NCBI GenBank assembly: GCA_043809315.1
Contig: JAZDDX010000028.1
Location: forward strand, 1 to 50,795
Length of the DNA: 50,795 nt
Source of the DNA: Pseudomonadota bacterium
Lineage (GTDB): Bacteria; Bdellovibrionota_G; JALEGL01; DATDPG01
Direction: 5' to 3'
Shown: positions 7,301 through 16,600 of the stretch, piece after piece
Position numbering within the stretch: position 1 is the stretch's first letter
Layout of the letters: each line of letters opens with the position of its first letter
Made by a program: the position numbers and the translations under genes
The notes under the pieces: model-generated
What the model saw: the letters and a program-made list of their open reading frames with translations, nothing else
Told to the model about the DNA's origin: nothing
The model's database searches: none

Positions 7301-9881
7301 CGGTATACGTCCCTCCCGTAGGAAGGGTGATCTTCTTGACCAGATCGGGAGAACCCCCGTCCACCACCCGCGTGCCCCTCATCATTCCGGTCACAGGGAG
7401 CCACCCCTCTTGAACCTGCCGGAACAGAAGGTCGGTCTTTCCGTACCCGCTGAAATCGGCCGTCGTGAGGCGCCAGTTCTCGGAGGTGAGGCCGGACGAG
7501 ATCTGCGCGGGGTAAAACCCGTTCCCGGTCGCCTGCAGCCAGTAGATGTTGTTGTCCCCCTCCATCCGGCCCTGGCTCACGAGATCCATCTTCCCGTCGC
7601 CGTTTAAGTCGACCGGCGAGAGCGCGGAACTCGAAATCGAGGGGAAGCTCGTGAAAGAAACTCCTTGTTGGGTGAATGGAACCGACGCGGTGTATCCGGA
7701 TGCCAGCTTGGCCAACGCAGCGGAACCATTGTTGATCCAGAGGGACATAAACGGGGTTAACGGGGAAGGGGGCTCGATCGAAACCACATTGCCCTGGACA
7801 AAGAGATCGGGAAGGCCGTCACCGTTAAAATCAGCGGGAATCACGATGGCATGCTGCCAAGAGTCGAGCGCAGAGGAGATCGTCACGAGACCGTATTTGG
7901 ATTGTCCGGAGCCGTACGGATCGGTTCGCCGACTCACCAACAGGACGAGGTTCGTGGGGGCTCCCGGATAGTACCGCGGTTTGAAGATCAGGTCGGTCTT
8001 CCCGTCGCCGTTGAAATCGGTCGGAAGGATGTCGGTATAGTCTCTCTCCAAGTTCCCCATCGGGGTCGTGCCCCCCCCTCCGAGAACGTCACCGATCTCC
8101 TGCCGAAGGAAACGACCCGACCCGCCGCTCGCCTGCGCCATCAGGAAGAACGGGGCGCCGACACCGCGAACGAAGATGTCGGTCTGCCGGTCGCCGTTGA
8201 AATCCCCCGGGATCATTTCCGCCGCCGAAGAATCCCAGCATTGGAAGGAATTCCGGGAGTCCTGTCGTTGGCACCAAGATGCCGGGATCCATTCGTATTG
8301 GCTCACGTCGACGGCAGTCGAGAAGAGGCGGGGCAGATCCGAATTCTCGGTCGCCATCAAGAGCCACGGTTTCCAGGCGGGAAGCTTGGTGTCCCCCGTC
8401 GACAATCCGGAGTGACTGCACATGTTGCAGTTCAATACGTTGTAATCGGCGCACGCTTCCGGACAAGGGTAGGTTCGGCCCAGGGACCGGACCGGCTGGA
8501 CCAGAAGATCGGTCCGTCCGTCCCCGTCGAAGTCGCCGCTCAGGATCTTCGCGGAGTACTCCTGACTTCCTCCGCCGGTGAACCACCGTGCCGGCTTCAT
8601 CCCCCAGGAATTGCTGACATTCGTCGGGTCGGCACCGCTCTTGGCGAACCAGGTTTCCCCCGTGAGCCCGATCCCTTTCAAGAGAAGATCGCTGACGCCG
8701 TCGCCGTCGAAATCCCCCGTGACCGCCTGGCGACGATCCCCGCGCCAGGTCTCCTCATCCCCCGATACCGGGGCGAACGGTTCCAGGAGCGCGGTCGCTT
8801 TGTACCATTCGATCTTCGTCGGGGGGAGCTGGCTTATCCCGTCCGATCCGTATTGCGTCACACTCGTGAGAAGAGACCGGCCGCTGGCCGAGGTGTCGTC
8901 GTAGGCGAGGCCATAGCTTCGCACCTTAGTTCCGTTCGCTTTGACGGCGATCGACTGGATCCGCTGATCGATCGTGAGGGTCTGGGCGCCGTCGTTGAAG
9001 GTCGGCCGATCGGTGGAGGGCCGAGGGGTGGTCGATACGTCGACGCTGAAACGTTCGGCGCCATACCGGACGCTTTTCAGCCCTTCCGTGCAAGTCGCCT
9101 CGTAGGCCGCGTACGACCCGTTCGCGTTCGTAACCATACTCAATCCCCAACGGAAGGTTCCGAATTCGCTATTGCAGATCCGACTGTAGACCGCTACCGA
9201 CCCGTCTTTTCTCCAAACCGTCCACTGGTTTGAGTCCCGGTAGATCCGCTGGAACGAATCGCTGCGTGTGGTGTAGAACCCGTTCAGTTTATTGGGAGGG
9301 TTGGCCCAGCGGGTTGTGCCGGTAATGGCAAGTGAGGCGTTCTGACAGCTTGGACTGTAGGCACGCGTGTCGAACCCGCTGCGGGGATCACCCGGAGTGT
9401 ACAGAAACGCCTGTGAAGTGCAGGGAATCAACTCCTGTCCGTCGAGATAGAAGCCATCCAGGTTGTCGTACCCGGTCCCGTTGTAGTTGTAAGTCGGCTG
9501 GCTGTAGGCCGGCCCCTTCCGTTCGATCGTGCTGTATCCCGAAAGAGACCAACCGACCCCCGCCATCCCGTTTCCGGCGTTTGAATTGTAGGTCAGCGCC
9601 AGATGCGGCTCGAGACCGTAATAGGCTGGAACTTCGATCGGGATCGACCAGCTGAAGCTGCCGCTCGACCCTTCGACATTCTTCGAAACCTCCGGCAGTT
9701 TGTTCGGCGCGTCTTTCGGAAAGGTGTCGGACGGAGCGGATGCCGCACCTTCAGCGACCGGAGGACGGTCGGAATCGATCCCGGTCGGGACCGACGCGGC
9801 GAACGAAACCGCCGTCAGAAAAATGGGGGAAAGAACCGCGCACAAGAGCGACAACGAAGCGAGGCGTAGCGGGCGACGCAT
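4308..9881 (-). CDS. Secreted TcB/TcC-like Rhs (YD-repeat) shell protein: SpvB-like N-terminus, FG-GAP/VCBS repeats, TcdB-midN-like region, YD repeats; no Rhs core or toxin tail
   Basis: Signal peptide; GSFSWSIPIEVP...LALTYNSNAGNGMAGVGW; seven D(F/L)(D/N/S)G(D/Y)xxxD repeats; YSYSGGAYD...LGF; many YD-x-xG repeats; ends RLITPDRSTLYLDGGAEEISPAP*. GGAGG ribosome-binding site. Confidence 0.92.
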   Translation of the reverse strand: MRRPLRLASLSLLCAVLSPIFLTAVSFAASVPTGIDSDRPPVAEGAASAPSDTFPKDAPNKLPEVSKNVEGSSGSFSWSIPIEVPAYYGLEPHLALTYNSNAGNGMAGVGWSLSGYSTIERKGPAYSQPTYNYNGTGYDNLDGFYLDGQELIPCTSQAFLYTPGDPRSGFDTRAYSPSCQNASLAITGTTRWANPPNKLNGFYTTRSDSFQRIYRDSNQWTVWRKDGSVAVYSRICNSEFGTFRWGLSMVTNANGSYAAYEATCTEGLKSVRYGAERFSVDVSTTPRPSTDRPTFNDGAQTLTIDQRIQSIAVKANGTKVRSYGLAYDDTSASGRSLLTSVTQYGSDGISQLPPTKIEWYKATALLEPFAPVSGDEETWRGDRRQAVTGDFDGDGVSDLLLKGIGLTGETWFAKSGADPTNVSNSWGMKPARWFTGGGSQEYSAKILSGDFDGDGRTDLLVQPVRSLGRTYPCPEACADYNVLNCNMCSHSGLSTGDTKLPAWKPWLLMATENSDLPRLFSTAVDVSQYEWIPASWCQRQDSRNSFQCWDSSAAEMIPGDFNGDRQTDIFVRGVGAPFFLMAQASGGSGRFLRQEIGDVLGGGGTTPMGNLERDYTDILPTDFNGDGKTDLIFKPRYYPGAPTNLVLLVSRRTDPYGSGQSKYGLVTISSALDSWQHAIVIPADFNGDGLPDLFVQGNVVSIEPPSPLTPFMSLWINNGSAALAKLASGYTASVPFTQQGVSFTSFPSISSSALSPVDLNGDGKMDLVSQGRMEGDNNIYWLQATGNGFYPAQISSGLTSENWRLTTADFSGYGKTDLLFRQVQEGWLPVTGMMRGTRVVDGGSPDLVKKITLPTGGTYTVTYKPSSFWPENNSAFPITQTVQTLEVSDGVSPTTSKTEYSYSGGAYDRRWKKPLGFKTVTIKLPKAEADESENPYVRTTYNQTFETAGLPLSSKYYLGDPAGDGILLSETKFTYFRLTNADIPWQEDLVMPYWYVTLPKTTQTDTYDTGGALGFSTLKEEVYDLSLPTPDPNYATFGNLVFEKNYGNYKKASGTSSRIFRGIDPGGGETINDTLPNDNQVTRTTYQTFNYSDAAHPEYTNLSYYMVDRPVSVAVYSGTSASGTPLSESAMTYFDRTDLRFGNPKTRTLKVYDPLGEHPSTPDSYMKSFDYFTDYPGNLKQETNELGAAMAYDYDGTFHLYRSKTTNPLGQVTEVTSWNNVCGAPLSVKDPNGKLTKTEYDVFCRVTKKTMPTGEYEKTSYRSLDNSALTASNRFLQTAVPGPIGPDGNQKPEICTWNFIDGLGRTWKSRIFSAESQSGTTVCVADAGNLPSDYIYTKTTFNGRGQVQTKTAPAKRGDDVYRTRTLYDPLNRPLSLQYDFDNGGPTVFAEYTALGDLSNPYSTWKVTYTDEEGHKSADIYNSIGKLARHEEYLDGTAVWAKYEYDVRGNLKRITDFQNNPTETVFDSRGLIRREVDPDRGTTTFGYDALGQLLGVQTAKSQSIIYAYDALGRMRKKWVNRPNTETPDVQWDYDQPQGSSCASGGYCNIGHLTTMRELPGNSTTNAEQYNYDASGRLLQTVRRTNSAVHVYSQTYDPSGRVRNKVYPFGVAYTNSYNSLGQLTSVSLTTGSTTSPVLKSATYNAAGQPLELWNGNGTKTTYDYSPARGWLTSIRTVNATTGAELQNLNYSQRNKEGMLDGWGPWAFIYDSMHRLKKATYQGNGSSPNTETFTYDAIGNLKTKLAGASSLKEYCYPEPESARPHAVFAVTSSGGCAAAEANPQYLYDPNGNMTKHRNVTTGITADITWSVENFPTSFKPNGGTETKFVYDGNNQRLRLITPDRSTLYLDGGAEEISPAP
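7426..8718 (-). repeat. Seven FG-GAP/VCBS-like repeats (likely beta-propeller) within the Rhs shell
   Basis: GDFDGDGVSDLL, GDFDGDGRTDLL, GDFNGDRQTDIF, TDFNGDGKTDLI, ADFNGDGLPDLF, VDLNGDGKMDLV, ADFSGYGKTDLL. Confidence 0.85.
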
Positions 9882-9917
9882 TGGAACCTCCGTCCGAAAG
9901 GGAGCGACTAACTGAAA

Positions 9918-9923
9918 ATTATA
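9918..9923 (-). promoter_or_regulatory. Possible -10 box upstream of the Rhs shell gene
   Basis: Perfect TATAAT about 37 nt before ATG 9881; no convincing -35. Confidence 0.3.
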
Positions 9924-9968
9924 ACGCGGACGGTCGATGGATGATAGGGAAATTGAGTTGTCGGTTGA

Positions 9969-10259
9969 CTACAGCCGGGTACCCTTTAAGCAGTTCGTAA
10001 CGCACTCGTTGTTGCAGAATTCAAAAGAAACGCTTGCCACCGCAAAACGGCCACCACAAGTATCGCGACAGCCGCTGCAGCCAGCCAGCGTCACGGTGTT
10101 TTCCGGCACGTCGGAAGGGAGGACCACTGAATCGCTTGTCGAAGCCGGGTCTGAAATCCCGGGAATCGCCCAGTTGGACGAATCACCCACCTTGCTGTTT
10201 CCGCACGCAGTAAGCATCGTCAGCATCACCACCGCCCAGCATGTTGCGACCCTTTTCAT
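9969..10259 (-). CDS. Small Cys-rich lipoprotein
   Basis: Lipobox MLTA-C; C-terminal half has six Cys (CSGCRDTC...CNNECVTNC); GAAGGAAG ribosome-binding site. Confidence 0.7.
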   Translation of the reverse strand: MKRVATCWAVVMLTMLTACGNSKVGDSSNWAIPGISDPASTSDSVVLPSDVPENTVTLAGCSGCRDTCGGRFAVASVSFEFCNNECVTNCLKGTRL

Positions 10260-10283
10260 ATCTTCCTTCAGGAAGATCTAATG

Positions 10284-10299
10284 GCAGGAACCATGCCAA
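10284..10299 (-). promoter_or_regulatory. Putative sigma54 -24/-12 promoter
   Basis: TTGGCATGGTTCCTGC, GG-N10-GC spacing, just upstream of the lipoprotein ribosome-binding site. Confidence 0.5.
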
Positions 10300-10626
10300 G
10301 AACCAATCTGAGGAATATCAACGTGTTGCGGGCAAGTTCGCGAAAATTCAGACGGGGGTGGTGCCAACTAAAGTTTACAGTTTGAGCAGGGTTTGGGCAG
10401 GGGAAGTCTGCTCCTCTCAAACATTCGCTACACCTTGGTTGGAGAAGAGGGGGAGGGCCAGGGGCCCCCAAGATGGCCAGCTGGCCCTCCCGTCCAAGGG
10501 TAGCTTGGAGCTTCGTAAGTTCGGGCGCGACTCGAGATTTTCCCGTCTCGAGCTCCGCTACACGCCCTATGCCTGGAATCCAAATGAGTTGGGAGAGAAC
10601 GAAAACGTCGGTAGCAGGGGAAGTGG

Positions 10627-13600
10627 CTACCGATAGTCCCCCGTCAGCGAGAAGGCAGCCCAGTAGCCGGGGTGCGAATAGTAGTCTTTCACGAGAAGCT
10701 GCGCTTTTCGGAGCGCCTCCGCCTTCGTCTGCGTCAGGTAGTTCCGGTAGAAATGTTTGACGAGGATCGCCGTCGAGACGTCGCTCACGCGCCAGAGACT
10801 TGAGAGGATCGAATGCGTGCCGGCGTAGAGAAACGCGCGATTCAAACCGATCAGCTCCCCGCCCCCCTCGATCTTCGCAAGGCCGGTCTGACAGGCGGAC
10901 AACGTCACGAGATCCGCGTTCGCCCGGAGATTGAAGATCTCCTCGACCGCAAGATCGCCGGTCGAACTTTCCGTGGGGGCGAGCTTGATCGCCGAGAAGA
11001 GCGGATTGATCGGGTCGAACTCCCCGTGCGCGGCCATATGAATGATGTCGAACCTTCCGAGGTTGGAAGCGACCCACCGTTCCGTCGCCTTCTCGCGCGT
11101 CAGCGTTTCGATCTTCGGGAAGTCGAGAGAGATCGCCCCGACCTCCTTCTCCGCGAACGGGAGATCAAGCGCCGGGTTCCCGAGGTTTGGGTTTCCGATT
11201 GCGAGAACGCGGGCGCTTCCCTTGTCAATCCTCCGTGGGACCGTCGTGTATTTCAGAACACTGGCGCTCGGGGAATAGAACAAGGCGTATCGGTCGACGG
11301 CGAACCTCTTTCCATCGAATAGAGAGGCGTACGAAAGATAGTGAAGCGTCTCGTGCGGAGAGATCCCGACAAACCGTTTCCCTTCGATCCACGGTTCGAC
11401 CGGTTTCAGGATCCAGCGATTCAGCTCTTCCGATTCTTTCAAGAGAGGTTGTTGTTCCTGCATCAGCCTGGAGTAAGCGACCAGCTTCGCTTCGAGCAAT
11501 TTCTTCCCGACCTGGACGCGGGAGACGCGGATCCCCTGGTCGGTCACGACGAACGCGATCAGCTCCGACGGCGTCAGGAAGTACTCCACGAACGCGGTGT
11601 CATTCCCAAGGATCTTCTGAAACTCCGGCAACGTAAGGACATCGACGGAGACGAACGCGGAGAGTTCCGGTCGGCTGGCGCGGATTTCGATCAGGAGATC
11701 CTCGCGCACCTTCCGTGCGTCGCGCAATTGGCTCTGAACCTTGGCACGTTCCGTGTCGTCCGACGCGGCGCCGAGGCGACTTTCCAGATCGGTCAGAAGA
11801 CGGCGACTCGCACGGTCCTTTTCGAGCAACACCCGGTCCTCCGGGGCGGTCGCACGAACGTCGCGGTTTCCGAGGAGGTCGATGAAGCTCCGGGAGCGCG
11901 CCCGCTCGACGTACCTCCAAGCCTCCTCCGTCTGGGCCGGCTGTTGCCGCAACAACAGAAGGACGATCTCCTGGTAGAGGGAGAGTTTGTTCGTGACGAA
12001 GCTGTTCCGGAACTCCTCGATCTTGATCGACGCCCCCATCTTTTCGACGACGTCGATCGCCTCCTTGAGATAGAGCAGGGTGCCGGGAATGTTCTTTCGG
12101 CGCGAGGTCACGCGTGCGAGCCCCTGAAGGGCGCGCCACTCCACCTCCTTGAGGCCGAGTTCGCGCGCCCGCGAAAGAGCCTGCTTGTAGGAATCGAATG
12201 CGGGATCGCTCGCGCTCTGGGCCCAGTAAAGATCGCCGAGACTCTGAAGCGACTTCGTCTCGTTCTCCCGGGCGCCGATTGAATGGGAGAGACGAACCGC
12301 CTCTTTGAGATTCTTCTCGGCATCGGCGAAGCGGCTCAGCCGCGTCTGGCTGATCCCGAGATTCCTCCGGTCGTACGCCTCCCCCCAAACGGTATGGAGC
12401 TTCTGATCGATCGTGAGCGCCTGCTCGAAAAGGGCGATCGATTTCTCGAGTTCCCCGCGGTCGCGGTAGACCAGCCCGGCATTGTTGTAGGCGGCCGCCT
12501 CGTCGATCGGAGAGACGAGCTTCCGGGAAAGTTTGAGGGCGACCTCCTGCTCCTCGATCGCCTTGTCATGCTGGTTCAGCGTCCAGTAGATCAAGCCGAC
12601 GGTCGAGTGGCAGAGAAGGCGCATCCGATCGTCGTTCGCTTGTTCCGCGGCGGCGAGTGCGATTCGTTGCCAGCGGAACGCGTCGAAGTAATTCCCCTCC
12701 GCCCAATAGGTGTTGGCGACATAGAGCGCCGATTTCGAGGAGAGGGGGACGGCATTGTAGATTTCCCGTGCTTTCGGGAAGTCGGCGCGGCGTTCGAAGA
12801 CCAATCCGATCTCGAGCGTCGCCTCGTCGGCGAGGAGTGGTTTCTTTGCACCCCTAAACGCCTCGACCGCTTTCCGAAACGCATCTTCGGCGCGGGGGTA
12901 GTCGTTCAGGCGCAGGTAGTAGATCCGCCCGATCCGCCGCCATTGTTCGCCGGCCCCCGCTGTTCCTGTCTTCCCGTAGATGCCGAGCGAGCGGTCGAAC
13001 TCCGTCAAAGCCTCGCGGTACCGGTTCGCGTTTTCGTAGACGACCCCCAATGTCGAGAAGGTGTCAGCCACCTTTTCTCTGGGACTTCCGAGTTTCTGGT
13101 AGAGGGAAGCCGCCTCAGTCAAAGCCGCGAGAGATTCGGGGAACTGTTCCGCCCGGGATTGGAGAACACCCAAGAACTGAAGGGCCTTCGCCAACCCGAC
13201 GCTTCCGTCGGGGGCGGAGTTCTTACGGCGGATTTCAACGAGACGCTGCGTGTAGGAGATCGCCGTCGGAAGATCGTCGGATCGGTACGCGGCGGTTCCG
13301 GCGACGTCGAGAAGTTGCTCTCTCGTTACCCCCGCACCGCTGTCCACTTTTTGGGCGTCGAGAAGGCGCAACGCTTGATCGAACCGTCGGACCGACTCCC
13401 CCCACCGTTCCGTGCGGTAGAGAGAGGCCGCCTGTGTCACTGTTTCCGCAAGCGCCGTCTCGGCGGCCGCCTGACGCTCCTCCGGCGTAAGCCCGAGAGT
13501 TCCGAAAACGGAACCGGCGCTGAAGTCGTTTGCCCGAGCCCCTTCGTCGGCAGCGAGCGCCCGTGGGATCGCGGAGGCCGGCAGCGAAACGACCGACGCG

Positions 13601-16600
13601 ACCCCGCCGCGCGCCCACCACTCTCCGAGCAGGGCGAGTAGACCGTCCGACATCGGCGGATTCGATATGGGGAGGAAAACGGTGGTGACGCCGGACCCCA
13701 GGAGAATCGAAGCGGGCACCTCACGCTCGAAACGGGGCGCATCCGGAATCGGGAGATCGAACCATCTCCGAAGCGGTGAGACAGCGAAGGTCAGGGGGGC
13801 CGGAGAAACGAACCAGTCGGCGAGGCCGAGACGGTCCGCGAGATCGGTCCTGTTCTTCCACGAGACCGCCGTGCGGGATGTGGGGGGGCGGTTTTCGTTT
13901 CCGAACGAGTAGAACGACCGGGCGAAGAGGTTTTGAGCGCGGAAGGCGTAAAAAAGATGAGCGGCGCTCGCCACACGCGAACAGGGATGTCCGGTCGGGC
14001 AGGGGATCGTTCCGGCGATATAGAGATCGCGCGGAAGATCGGAGAGCGGGGCGTCGGCTCGCTCGAGCGTCAAACGATCCGAACGGAGAAAAAGGCGGAA
14101 GAGTCCCTTCGGAGTTTCAACGCCGCGCAAAAACCCGCGATTCGGACCGAGAGCCTCCTGGAGTTCCGCCGCCTCGATCGTTCCGAGGCGGAACAGGGAT
14201 CCGAGTCCTCGCTCCCTTTCGTCGAGCGCCGCCTGTGCCGCCTCGATCCGTTCTTTTTTCCCCTCCCGCAACGCCGCCTTGAGTTCGTCGAGAGCGGCCA
14301 TGCCGTCCGCGGTTGCGGCATGTTCCGGCAAGACACCTCCCATCGCGACTTGAAGGGCGATCCGCGATCGCCACTCGGCCGCGTTGTACGCCGCCTCGGC
14401 GTCCCCCTCGGAAACCGCGAAGGCAAGCCATCGGTCGAAAAGCGGGAGAACGGCATCCAACCCATCCGTCAATGGGATGGCGGGGGTCGAGGTGAGGAAC
14501 GAGAGAACCGGCTCGAGAGCCGACGAAATCTCGGCAAAATTCGCGGGGATTTTCGAGAGAGCGACGGCGGAACGAAGACGGAGGAGGAGGTCGTTTCGTT
14601 TCAAGCCGACCGCCCATTGCTCGAGCGCGGCGAGATCGAGGGAACGACGAGCGGCATGCCCCGTCCAACGGAAGTGGGCGATGTCGAGTTCGAGAAGGAG
14701 AGGTTCGTCGTCGGTAAGTAAGTTCGAGACAATCCGAAGTCGTTGAAGGGTAGATGTGAGAAGATTCTCCTCGAGCGACAATTCGGCCAAACGGAGCCGT
14801 TCAAGTGAAATTCGGGCCGCAAATGCGGCCGCGTCCGAATCGGTTCTCTTGGTGAGACGATCGAACGCCGTGTCGAGCGTTTCCATCGTCTGCTTCTCCG
14901 TGACGACGGTCGGAGCGATCGAGTGAAGTCGAGCGAGGGAGAGAGCATTTTGTCCCATCCCGATTTCGTGCGGCAGGGCGCTCGCGAGCGCGAACGAAGA
15001 CTGAAACTCCTTGGCCGCCTCCTCGAAACGGTTGAGGCGGGTCAAGAGAACCCCGCGGCGGTTCGCGAGAATCGATTCCTTGAGATGGAGTGGCGGACGT
15101 TTGGTCACGTCGACCGACGATTCTTTCGGAAGGGCCGAACGTTTTTTGTCGAGGGCCGCCAATGCCTCGGCATCGTGACCGCGGGTTCTCTCCAGGCGCT
15201 CGATGAAGGTGTAGAGAAGCTCCCGCTCCGCCGGTTTGGAGAACCCCTTGGAGGCCTCGGACGAATCCTCCCCGAGCGCGACATCCTGGTGAATGTTGAC
15301 CAACGATCCGATACTCTTCCCCCGGGTCGTCGCGACACCGTGACGGCCGAGAAGCTCGAAGCTTTCTTCAAAAGCATCCCGGGCGTCGGCCAAACGTTTC
15401 TCCTCGGCGCTCCCCTGCCTCGGGGGGGCGTCGAAGAGGTTCAGAGCGAGGTTGCGAAACGCTTTCGCTTCGTTCGCCCCGCGCCCGAGCCGTTGGTTCA
15501 GTTCGGCGACCTTCGTGAACCCGATGGCCGCCTCCTCTCGCCTTCCCCGCGATTGAAGGGAGAGCGCCCGGGCGTCGTTGGTCTCGGCCCGATGGGAGAG
15601 AATTTCTTTGGGGGGGAGGGATTTGTCCCGCGCGACGCGATCAAGCGAGGTGAGCGCCTCGTCCGCCAGCGCGACGCTCTCATCATACCGTTCGAGATGG
15701 AACGCCGAGCGGGAGAACCGCTCGAGATAGACGAGCCGCTGCGTTTCGGTGTCGAACGAGAGGTCGTACGACCGACGCAGCGAATAGTGTTCGTACGCCT
15801 TGGCGTAATCGCCGAGGAGGAAATACCCGTTCCCGACATTGAGGGTCAGGTCGCCGTAATTCTGGAAATCTTCCTGCGGATCCGAGAGGGAACGCGCGAT
15901 CGTGTACTGATCGATCGCCCGCTCAACCGAACCGGATTCATTTAAGAGTTCCTGCCGCTTCTCATAGACGAAACCGAGGGTCTGATGCGGGAAGACCGCC
16001 TGACCGTTCTGGGAGATCGCCTCGAGGAGGTCCGGCTCCGCCCGGTCGAAGGCGGTCGCCGGCGGTTCTTCATAGGTATGGGCGAGGCCGATGGCGTAGC
16101 GGGGAAGATAATGATTCGGGAGGCGCCGCTGTTCGTCCTCGTAAATGGAGAGAGCCTTCGACGTCTCGCCGAGAGCGGCATACGCGGCAACCAGGCCTCG
16201 GTGCGCCTGGGGGATCTCGTAATCGAACGAGATCAGGTCGCGGAACGTCCGGATCGCCAGACGGAAATCTTTCCCTTTGAGTTCGTCCTTCCCCTTGGCC
16301 AGCAATCCACCGACGAAACGTCGCCGGGCTTCTTTGCGCCATGGATCGTTCTTGGAAACCTGCCGCTCCGCTTCGCGGAAGAGGGCGAGGGCCTGATCGT
16401 AATCCCCCCGGTCAGTCAGGAGACGGGCGAGGGCGAGTTGGGCGCGAGCCTTCTGTTTCTTTTCTTGCGGGTACTGAGCGATCACCGAGCGGTAGGCCGC
16501 CTCGGCGGCGGGGCGTTCGTTCCGTCCGAGCGCCCGGTCCCCGAGCGTATTGATGGCGAGGGCCGGGAGAATCGGAACCGAGGAGTACGAGCCGGGGATC

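Noticed and set aside
10268-10626. ORFs in the gap between the CHAT gene and the small lipoprotein
   Set aside because: No credible start or recognisable protein features; treated as intergenic/regulatory.
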